Positions 19,518 to 26,993 of a stretch of DNA of 28,078 bases are shown one piece after another (positions within the stretch are counted from its first letter, which is position 1; each line of letters opens with the position of its first letter). Under the pieces are notes generated by a model that worked only from the letters and a program-made list of their open reading frames with translations, was not told where the DNA came from and searched no databases. The DNA comes from Bacteroidota bacterium. GTDB lineage: Bacteria > Bacteroidota > Bacteroidia > J057 > JADKCL01. The position numbers and the translations under genes were made by a program. The stretch covers positions 1 through 28,078 of the forward strand of contig JAYSVQ010000023.1 in NCBI GenBank assembly GCA_043718485.1. Reading direction: 5' to 3'.

Positions 19518-20024
19518 CTAATCAATTCTTACGAAAATCTTTCGTCTGTGCGCCTTACCATCAGAACTAAAATACTTAAAAATCACCGAGGCTTTTCCTT
19601 TTGCTTTTCCTGTTTTTACTTCCAAATCTAACTCGCCAAGTTCATTTGCCTGATATTTGGTTTTGGTAAGACCAACTCCCACCTTCTCCAGCTCCATTTC
19701 AATCCAAGATTGAGGCAATAATTGTTTCACCTGAATACTCATCACCTTATTTCTATAGGCTACAAAATCCTCTGAAATTTTTTTCTCTTTTCCGTCAATA
19801 ATAATTTTTACCTCAGGGAATTTCGCTACGACGGGTCGCGGTGTCTGACTTTCCCATTGTTCATCTTCGTCTCCATCTTCCAAATCTTCTTGATCATCGG
19901 GCACACCATTCATATTCTTGTCGCCTTCTTTTTGATCTCTTAAATCAGGGCGTTGCGCACTTACACGGGCTCCGAAAAAAAGGCCCAATGCAAAAAGAAA
20001 AAAAGTCAATCTCAGAATCTTCAT
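19518..20024 (-). CDS. Hypothetical secreted protein
   Basis: Start MKILRLTFF (ATG 20024); signal peptide ending VSA-Q; acidic linker then beta-rich domain. Confidence 0.7.
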   Translation of the reverse strand: MKILRLTFFLFALGLFFGARVSAQRPDLRDQKEGDKNMNGVPDDQEDLEDGDEDEQWESQTPRPVVAKFPEVKIIIDGKEKKISEDFVAYRNKVMSIQVKQLLPQSWIEMELEKVGVGLTKTKYQANELGELDLEVKTGKAKGKASVIFKYFSSDGKAHRRKIFVRID

Positions 20025-20137
20025 ACAAATTACTACGATGAAATTAAGCAAAAATTGAGCCTGAATGAAAAAACCTTCCAAAATCATCAGATTTCAATTA
20101 ATTTGAAGAAATTGCAAGCGCTTACCTTATTTGTTTA

Positions 20138-21850
20138 GTGAAGATGATTAAGAAATTCTACTCCATTTCATTCCTGTTCCTTTGGTTTGCCGGCTCGGGA
20201 TGCAGCCAAAAAGGTGAGCCTCCAAAGCCGCAACAAGATTGCAAAGGAATGGTAGTAAGTGCGCACCCGGAAGCCAATCGGGTTGGAATTTCGATTTTAG
20301 AAAAAGGGGGAAATGCAGTGGATGCCGCAATCGCAGTTCATTTTTCTCTTGCTGTTTGCGCTCCCTTTGCAGGCAATATTGGCGGAGGCGGATTCATGAT
20401 GATTCGAGATTCCTCAGGCCAATTTTATTCGCTTGACTTTAGGGAAGTTGCAGGAAGCATGGCAAAAAAAGAAATGTATTTGGATGCGAAAGGCAACGTT
20501 ATTCCAGGGAAAAGTACCGAAGGCCAAAGCGCAAGTGGGGTACCCGGATCTGTTGATGGAATGTGGAAGGCACATCAGAAATTGGGAAGCCTTTCATGGC
20601 AGGAATTGGTTGCGCCCTCAATACAATTGGCGAAAAATGGTTTCGCAATTACCAAGCAACAAGCCGATGAAATGAATTCCCTGCAAGAGAGTTTTAAAAA
20701 AAATAATGTGAATAAAAAGGCTTGTGTTTTTATTCGAGAAAAAAAATGGCAAAAGGGAGATGTTTTAATTCAAGAAGACTTAGCGGAAACGCTTGAGGAA
20801 ATTCAGGAAAAAGGTAGAGATGGGTTTTACACCGGACCCGTTGCTGAGAAAATAATTTTTGAAATAAATCGAGGAAAAGGCAGTTTCAACCTTGAGGATT
20901 TAAAAAATTATTCAGCTGTTTGGAGAAGCCCTTTAATCGGAAAATATAAAAATTACTCAATAATTACGATGGGTCCGCCCAGTGGTGGTGGCTTTAGCTT
21001 ATTACAAATGCTGGGCATGACCGCGCATTTTCCAATGCGGGAGTGGGGAAAAGACTCTGCACTTTCCTATCACCTTATGATCGAAGCAATGCGCCAAGCA
21101 GCATGCGACAGAGTCCATTTTGCCTCAGACCCAGATTTTAATTCAGTGCCCATAGCGGAGCTATTAGATTCAAATTATTTAAGAAACAGAATTTCTGCTT
21201 TTGACCCACACAAAGCAATTGCATCTGACAAAATTTCACATGGAAATGTTTCAGAAGAATCAGAAGAAACCACCCATTTTTCTGTAGTTGATCGCTGGGG
21301 AAATGCAGTTTCGGTAACTACGACGCTCAATTCATGGTACGGTTCCAGGGTCGTGGTTGAGGGTGCCGGATTTTTGCTCAACAACGAGATGGATGATTTT
21401 GCGAGTAAACCCGGTGCGCCCAATCTTTACGGTTTAGTCGGGAGTGAAGCAAATGCGATTGCCCCTAAAAAACGAATGGTAAGTTCGATGACGCCCTGCA
21501 TTTTAGAAAAAGATGGAAAATTATTTCTCGTGATTGGCACACCGGGAGGAACCACCATCCCCAGTCAGATTTTTCAGGCCTTGGTGTATTTGATTGATTT
21601 TGATATGTCATTGCAGGATGCCATTAACAAACTGCGATTCCATCATCAATGGTTACCCGATAAAGTATTTATTGAAGAGGGTGCCTTTTCACCTGAAATT
21701 TTCAATTCACTTTCCCAAAAGGGCCATGTAATAGAAAAAAGATCCTCCTTTGGCAGAATAGATGCGATTTTAGTGCATCCTAATGGCAGTCTTGAAGGGG
21801 GAGCTGATTATATGCGAGGGGATGATGCTTCTGAATGTCAACAGAAATGA
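20138..21850 (+). CDS. ggt: Gamma-glutamyltransferase (lipoprotein signal)
   Basis: GGNAVDAAIA, GNIGGGGF, DFRE, catalytic ETTHFSVVD, LLNNEMDDF, SSMTP, GTPGG motifs. Confidence 0.97.
   Translation: MKMIKKFYSISFLFLWFAGSGCSQKGEPPKPQQDCKGMVVSAHPEANRVGISILEKGGNAVDAAIAVHFSLAVCAPFAGNIGGGGFMMIRDSSGQFYSLDFREVAGSMAKKEMYLDAKGNVIPGKSTEGQSASGVPGSVDGMWKAHQKLGSLSWQELVAPSIQLAKNGFAITKQQADEMNSLQESFKKNNVNKKACVFIREKKWQKGDVLIQEDLAETLEEIQEKGRDGFYTGPVAEKIIFEINRGKGSFNLEDLKNYSAVWRSPLIGKYKNYSIITMGPPSGGGFSLLQMLGMTAHFPMREWGKDSALSYHLMIEAMRQAACDRVHFASDPDFNSVPIAELLDSNYLRNRISAFDPHKAIASDKISHGNVSEESEETTHFSVVDRWGNAVSVTTTLNSWYGSRVVVEGAGFLLNNEMDDFASKPGAPNLYGLVGSEANAIAPKKRMVSSMTPCILEKDGKLFLVIGTPGGTTIPSQIFQALVYLIDFDMSLQDAINKLRFHHQWLPDKVFIEEGAFSPEIFNSLSQKGHVIEKRSSFGRIDAILVHPNGSLEGGADYMRGDDASECQQK
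21743..21850 (+). repeat. Direct repeat copy 1 (functional 3' end of ggt)
   Basis: 101/108 nt identical, ungapped, to 23823-23930; 45-nt exact core 21749-21793. Confidence 0.95.
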
Positions 21851-21906
21851 TTCTGTTTGAATTGCCTGGGGATGTCATTGCTTTATACTTCCTGTTTGCC
21901 ATAATA

Positions 21907-22851
21907 TTATATAAGCTCCAATTGCCTATATCTTTTTTCAAGCAAATCACGATAAGCCGTTTTCATTTCTTTTGACAGGAAGGAACGATCGATCCAATCA
22001 AATGCACTTGATTTATTCTTTATCATTCGATTGAAGGCACCTTGCATCTGTTTAGAAGTCATGCCCAATTCTTCTCCTAACTGTTCAAAATGCGCTCGTT
22101 TCAACTTCCTTTTCTTTCCAACTAAGGTCAATGCAAGCTCCTCAGCATCTTCCGGGAACACAATTGCAACATTTAAAAGATCGTATGCAGGAGACAATAC
22201 CCAACCAGAAGGACTTTCAACCATTGAAAAGTTTTTCAGGTGCATATCACTATTTCCAGTTAGGAAGGAGAACAGCGCTAAGTCAAAGTAAAAAGTTTTA
22301 TCAAGCAAGGTGTTGCCCGAATAGCTGTCCAATGCTTTACCCACTTTCTCCATTGAACCTTTGTACTTATCAAACGCTTCTGTGATTTGGAACATATCAA
22401 TCATGTGTATTTTTTCGCCAGCTTCATTCCGATCCACTCGCTTCGTGATATAAGACAACTCTCCAGATGATAATCGAATTAATGAAGAAGGTACTACACG
22501 AATTCCAAAAGATTCTGCGATTCGCATGGTTACATGCTCGTTTTCGGGCATTTCGGAAAATCTATCTGAAGGGGGTTTAAAAATATAATATCCACCTAAT
22601 ACCCCAACTACAGTTAACCGTGCATCTGAACTCTCCTTACTTTTTTTAATTAGTGACATAGACAGTTTTGGCTGAACACCCGGGACGGCAACACTTCTTT
22701 CAACCACCACTTTTGCAAGTTCATTCATTTGGTCAAATGAATATTCCATTCTTGGAGGCATTGGTGTTCCAAAGAATGCCATTGAACATCTTTGGTGAAA
22801 TTCCAGTTTGTCTTCAACCCGTTTATAACAATATAAACATCTATGCTCCAT
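21907..22851 (-). CDS. HipA C-terminal-domain kinase toxin (HipT-like)
   Basis: Gly-loop PGVQPKL, YIFKPP, ENEH, ITKRVDR, catalytic GNSDMHLKN, LSPAYDLL; lacks the HipA N-subdomain. Confidence 0.9.
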   Translation of the reverse strand: MEHRCLYCYKRVEDKLEFHQRCSMAFFGTPMPPRMEYSFDQMNELAKVVVERSVAVPGVQPKLSMSLIKKSKESSDARLTVVGVLGGYYIFKPPSDRFSEMPENEHVTMRIAESFGIRVVPSSLIRLSSGELSYITKRVDRNEAGEKIHMIDMFQITEAFDKYKGSMEKVGKALDSYSGNTLLDKTFYFDLALFSFLTGNSDMHLKNFSMVESPSGWVLSPAYDLLNVAIVFPEDAEELALTLVGKKRKLKRAHFEQLGEELGMTSKQMQGAFNRMIKNKSSAFDWIDRSFLSKEMKTAYRDLLEKRYRQLELI

Positions 22852-23176
22852 CTTCTTCTGTTATTAGCACCACACTCACCGCACCGATACAATTCTGACA
22901 ACATGCCAGAAGTAATCCCATGCGATCATTTTTATTGATCTTCCAGTTCTCGGAAGCTATTTCTAACAACCATCCTTCAGGAATTAATCCCTCAAAAAAT
23001 GGGAAGAGTCGTTTCTCTGTATAGGGTTTAACTGTAACGGGCATAGTGAACGTGATGAAATCATGAGGATGGTCTTTTACGTATTGATCATCATATTGAA
23101 ATACATATTCCCCCTCATTCGTTTCCGTAAGGATTCCGGCCAAATGGATTTTATAAAAAACTCTTCCCTGTCTCAC
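22841..23176 (-). CDS. HipA N-terminal-domain protein (HipS-like antitoxin)
   Basis: 111 aa; AGILTE, YVFQYD, LFPFFEGLIPEGWL, CIGAV typical of the coupled HipA N-domain; overlaps both neighbours. Confidence 0.88.
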   Translation of the reverse strand: MRQGRVFYKIHLAGILTETNEGEYVFQYDDQYVKDHPHDFITFTMPVTVKPYTEKRLFPFFEGLIPEGWLLEIASENWKINKNDRMGLLLACCQNCIGAVSVVLITEEDGA

Positions 23177-23382
23177 TCATTCAGATTTTTACTATCAACA
23201 GGGGCCAGTTCATGTCCAAACATGTGAAGAACCAGATTAACTTTATCCATATTCAGATTCGTTTTATCCTGTTCAATTTTTCGTATTACAGTGAGTGCAA
23301 CTCCTGCACGATCTGCGAACTCTTTTTGAGTCAGATTAACTTCCTTTCTCCGGTCTTTGACAAACTCAGCCAGGGGCTTCAT
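23173..23382 (-). CDS. XRE-family HTH regulator (HipB-like)
   Basis: 69 aa; RRKEVNLTQKEFADRAGVALTVIRKIEQ HTH; ATGA overlap with the hipS-like gene; alternative start 23391. Confidence 0.88.
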   Translation of the reverse strand: MKPLAEFVKDRRKEVNLTQKEFADRAGVALTVIRKIEQDKTNLNMDKVNLVLHMFGHELAPVDSKNLNE

Positions 23383-23480
23383 TATATGCATTTGAATATA
23401 AAACTTAGCAAAGTTAGCTTTTTATATGCAAATACATATAGTTTCGCTAAAAAATATCTTTTTATATGCTAAAGCATATA
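23383..23480. promoter_or_regulatory. Three palindromic operators TATATG-N6-CATATA
   Basis: 23383-23400 (1 mismatch), 23423-23440, 23463-23480; the third extends to a perfect 11-2-11 palindrome (23460-23483). Confidence 0.8.
23409..23416 (-). promoter_or_regulatory. Bacteroidota -7 promoter element for the hipBST-like operon
   Basis: TAACTTTG(C) on minus strand, between operators 1 and 2. Confidence 0.7.
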
Positions 23481-23691
23481 AAAGGTAATCAAAAAAAATA
23501 GTTCTAATGACCGAAGACATTTCTAATGTGCTAAATTTCACTATTTTATAGCTATTAGCCTCGTACCAAAGGAAAAATATAAAGCGTGCTCGATGTTAAC
23601 GTTTGCCTAACTCGGTTCATAAATCAAAGTTTATTACCTGTTGTGTAAGGCCGATGCGGGTTATCTATTTTCCGAATTTTACATTCAAAGC

Positions 23692-23822
23692 GTAACCCTC
23701 CACATAAGTCCGTCTTGCTAATTCAATTTATTCTTTTTTGCAGTTTATGGCAAAAGTTTTTCAATTCGATTAAGAGTGTGATTAGCAATTTTTGTGAAGA
23801 TGGCTCGAAATCAAAAAAATGG
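23692..23822 (-). mobile_element. IS66-family right-end relic (TnpC C-terminus plus IRR)
   Basis: Minus frame PFF*FRAIFTKIANHTLNRIEKLLP* resembles the IS66 TnpC C-terminus (P..WL..VL.RI.DHP.NRI.ELLP); followed by a GTAA-type terminal repeat GTAACCCTCCACATAAGTCCGTC at 23692. Confidence 0.7.
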
Positions 23823-23930
23823 TCCTCATTTGGCAGAATAGATGCGATTTTAGTGCATCCTAATGGCAGTCTTTAAGGGGGCGCTGATTAAATGTGAGGG
23901 GATGATGCTTCTGAAGGTCAACAGAAATAA
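23823..23930 (+). pseudogene. Direct repeat copy 2: degenerate ggt 3' fragment
   Basis: 7 substitutions vs 21743-21850, three of them creating stop codons in the ggt frame. Confidence 0.9.
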
Positions 23931-24038
23931 TGCTGGTTAACTTAGGTCATGTATAGGAAAGTGCGGTTTTCTTTACACGTTCACTTTGACGTACAAAGAT
24001 TCTGAGCGTTTTCTTTACATGCTTCTATCTCGCAATTG

Positions 24039-24818
24039 CTATGCTTCATTTTCTTTAACCTTGAAAGATTTTTTGAACTGTTCAAAAACGCTATTTGGAT
24101 TGATAGTACCCAATCCCATTTCCTTGAAAATAGCTTTATCTGGCAAGTCACTTGCGGTCAATACTGCAAACTGATTAATATGGGCTTGAATCGTTTCAGG
24201 CAAATCAAATTCTGATTCAGGAGTGAGCATAACTGTTAATCGAAACACATCCGCTTTATGTTTTCTCAACTGCTTCGCATCTTCTTTGCCACCCCTTTCA
24301 ATTCTTTCTTTGATTTCCAAAAAAGCTTTTGCTTTTAAACTTATCAATGCTTCGATACTTGCATAGTGAAGGCCATCGTCCACCTTACTATTGTCAATCA
24401 TGTAATTATAATAGTCATCATTCAGCAAAATGGCGGATAGGCTAGAAAGGTCATCATCGATTGGAATCGGTGTGAGATGCGCCTCACTATCCAAAATAAT
24501 CATATCAGGTGTTCTTGAGAAAAGCTCTATTTGATGCGGGAAGGCGGCATTTTCAGGTTTTATGAATCGATAATATTCTCTTTCGTCATTACTTTTTTCT
24601 CGTTGCTGATATTTACCATCATTGATGAATTGCCAAAACTGCTTTACGAATTCTTTACTTAATGCTTCTACAACCAAAATTATGTCAATATCTTTTGTGG
24701 CTCTTGGAATAAATCCAGCTTCATCAATGATGATATCGCAGGCAGTGCCGCCAATAATCACGTAATTATTGGGATAATGCTCAAAGTATTTTTTAAAAAT
24801 GTCTAATCCTCTTACCAT
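24039..24818 (-). CDS. AbiEii-like (Pol-beta superfamily) nucleotidyltransferase, putative toxin
   Basis: IIGGTAC...RATKDIDII matches the GG.A...R.T.D.D motif; 7-nt overlap with the upstream gene. Confidence 0.75.
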   Translation of the reverse strand: MVRGLDIFKKYFEHYPNNYVIIGGTACDIIIDEAGFIPRATKDIDIILVVEALSKEFVKQFWQFINDGKYQQREKSNDEREYYRFIKPENAAFPHQIELFSRTPDMIILDSEAHLTPIPIDDDLSSLSAILLNDDYYNYMIDNSKVDDGLHYASIEALISLKAKAFLEIKERIERGGKEDAKQLRKHKADVFRLTVMLTPESEFDLPETIQAHINQFAVLTASDLPDKAIFKEMGLGTINPNSVFEQFKKSFKVKENEA

Positions 24819-25822
24819 ATATATTTTTCCAATAACTGCTTTAATGCCATTTCAACCCTTTCATCTCTTGTATCTTTAACGCTTAGGTAAAGAGAAAGTG
24901 GATCTACTGCATTCAAATCATTGGGTAATTCGCCCACTAAATTCAACGGGTTATATTTCCAGATTTCCAGGACAAATCGGCCCTCGTATTCATTCAGGGT
25001 CACCAAGGCATTTCTTTTCTTCAGGCTATAGAACGCTGATTTCTCAATTGCAAAGTATTGCTGATTGCTTGGATTCAGGTCAGTATATTCCGGCAGCGCA
25101 GATGCGTTACTTTGCAAAAGGCTGACCTCCTCTGGCTTTTCATCTACGAAAACCGTTTTTAACACCGGGTTCACCAGCAGGTTTTTTTGATGGGCAATGT
25201 TCCACAACTCATTTCTATCGTATTTAAAACGGATAAACTTTTCCTTTTCGCCCTGTACCTCTACCCATTCATGATGCTTTAAATTGTCAATGGCATTGGT
25301 AATCGCCATTGGCGTGTAATCAAATTTTTGGGCGATTTCTTTGAATGAATGTTCTTCGAGTTTCCAATTATTGTTACGATGGAGGATGTGGTAAATCAAC
25401 AAGAACTGAGCAGATGGCAATAGCTTTTCATTTTTTTGCTTCGCCTTAGGATGGGTGTAGCTTTCTCGTAAATCAACCATCAAGTCAGGCAAGTAAAGTT
25501 GTTTGCCGGGTACGATAAAATTGATGCCTTTTTCAATCAGTCTCTTACGTTTGTATGCCTGTATATTTTCAAACACCACCACAACTTTCTGGTTCAATAA
25601 ATCTTTAATTTGTTGTACCTGCTTTTCAGTTTGATGAATACTCAGTTCCTTATCGTTTTTCAATTCGGCCAGAATGATTTCGGTATTGAAAAATTCGGTT
25701 TTGTATAGTTTATAGGTTTCGTGGATATACAAAGGCAGCCTGTCCAGATTGCTTTTGGCTATGGGTGTTGTTGTAGCCTGAATACCCAGCGTTTCCAGAA
25801 TATATTTTAGTGCTTCCTTCAC
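24812..25822 (-). CDS. Winged-HTH protein, putative AbiEi-like antitoxin/regulator
   Basis: 336 aa, GTG start; central HTH SFKEIAQKFDYTPMAITNAIDNL; C-terminal VDPLSLYLS; coupled to the nucleotidyltransferase. Confidence 0.65.
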   Translation of the reverse strand: MKEALKYILETLGIQATTTPIAKSNLDRLPLYIHETYKLYKTEFFNTEIILAELKNDKELSIHQTEKQVQQIKDLLNQKVVVVFENIQAYKRKRLIEKGINFIVPGKQLYLPDLMVDLRESYTHPKAKQKNEKLLPSAQFLLIYHILHRNNNWKLEEHSFKEIAQKFDYTPMAITNAIDNLKHHEWVEVQGEKEKFIRFKYDRNELWNIAHQKNLLVNPVLKTVFVDEKPEEVSLLQSNASALPEYTDLNPSNQQYFAIEKSAFYSLKKRNALVTLNEYEGRFVLEIWKYNPLNLVGELPNDLNAVDPLSLYLSVKDTRDERVEMALKQLLEKYIW

Positions 25823-25832
25823 TTTATGCCTG

Positions 25833-25895
25833 ATAATAAAGCATATTATGCTCGATAAAGTTATTTAATTTATTATGCAACAATAGCTTTATTAT
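25833..25895. promoter_or_regulatory. Inverted repeats upstream of the wHTH gene, putative operator
   Basis: ataataaagc (25833-42) / gctttattat (25886-95); palindrome agcata-t-tatgct (25840-52); TATTATGC twice; near-consensus -7 TAACTTTA (minus, 25856-63). Confidence 0.45.
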
Positions 25896-25903
25896 TTTGG
25901 TTT

Positions 25904-26662
25904 TCAAAAGACAATACACTTATTCACCTCAAAAAATTCATGCTCGTTCCTTTGCACATAGCCTAACTGATTGGTAATGAGCTTTGTATTGCCTATGCTG
26001 AACGCTGGGGTGTTGAAATGGTGGTGGCCATAAACCCAATAGGCAATGCCGGATGCTTCAACCAAATCATACAACTCTACGGCAAAAGCTTCATTCAGCA
26101 CACTGCCTTTGTATTGCTCGGGATAGTTTAGAAAAGTAGGGCAGTGGTGTGTGAAAACAGCTAACTTTTCACCATTTGTTGCACACATTTCGTTTTGAAT
26201 ACATGCAAGACTCTCTTCATGCAATTGGTTATACTGCTCTACTGAAAAGCGAAAGCCGTTATGCCTGATTAAATGAAAATCGTTTAGATTCTTTTCTACT
26301 TCCCACTGGTGTCCCAGACTGATTTTGCTCCAAAGGGTAGAGAAAATCAGTTTGGCATTTTTATAATTCACAGAGGTGTTGTTCACTAGAAAAACATTGC
26401 TGCGGATTTTCTCATGCAGCACACCACTTTTTTCAGCTATTTCAAAATGGTAATACTCATGATTACCGGGTAGCCAATACGTGCGCTCAAAATGATCAGA
26501 GACAAAAGTGAAAAAGTCCTTGTGCTTGTCCATCACTGCAAAAGGAACTACATCACCCGCAAGCACCAATACCTCAGCCACTGGCTGCAAAGGATGTAAC
26601 TTTAAGAAATTTTTGTTGGCAGGAAATTCCAGATGGAGGTCGGAGGCGTATTGAAGTACCAT
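25904..26662 (-). CDS. Calcineurin-like metallophosphoesterase
   Basis: All five metal-binding motifs: DLH, GD, GNHE, THH, GHHH. Confidence 0.9.
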   Translation of the reverse strand: MVLQYASDLHLEFPANKNFLKLHPLQPVAEVLVLAGDVVPFAVMDKHKDFFTFVSDHFERTYWLPGNHEYYHFEIAEKSGVLHEKIRSNVFLVNNTSVNYKNAKLIFSTLWSKISLGHQWEVEKNLNDFHLIRHNGFRFSVEQYNQLHEESLACIQNEMCATNGEKLAVFTHHCPTFLNYPEQYKGSVLNEAFAVELYDLVEASGIAYWVYGHHHFNTPAFSIGNTKLITNQLGYVQRNEHEFFEVNKCIVF

Positions 26663-26993
26663 TGACTGATTCAGGATTAATTGAACGTTAGAATTTTCTG
26701 AATTGCGTAATCGCTTCTTACCAAGTATTGGTCATTCATTTTGTTAATTTTTTAATTCTACAGACTCAGGTTCAGGCATTTTTTTACTTCAACCAACACT
26801 TGTGTCAAACCTTTTTTCTGAACTCAAAGCTTCACTGCTTGAGCTTTAAGAAACATTCTTATTTTCAGGCACTTTCTGAAATGCAGTGTCTAAACCTTCT
26901 TCAAATCAAGTTACAAAGAAATCACGCATTGGGTCAGTTGTCAAATTTCCTTTCGCATCCTTAGCGATTTGGCGAATAAAATTCATTGGCGTT

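Noticed and set aside
23605-23646. GCCTAAC...GTTGTGT resembling an integron attC site
   Set aside because: Only 42 nt, ends not complementary, no internal stem, no integron integrase.
23622-23691. Plus-frame peptide IKVYYLLCKADAGYLFSEFY resembling a DDE transposase ADxGY motif
   Set aside because: Five-residue resemblance only; no start codon or other support.
23684-23691. Candidate 8-bp IS66 target duplication (ttcaaagc; near match ctcaaagc at 26823)
   Set aside because: The second copy is inexact and has no matching left terminal repeat beside it.
23966-24019. 12-bp direct repeat gttttctttaca (23966 and 24008)
   Set aside because: Two low-complexity copies only; not a CRISPR or iteron array.
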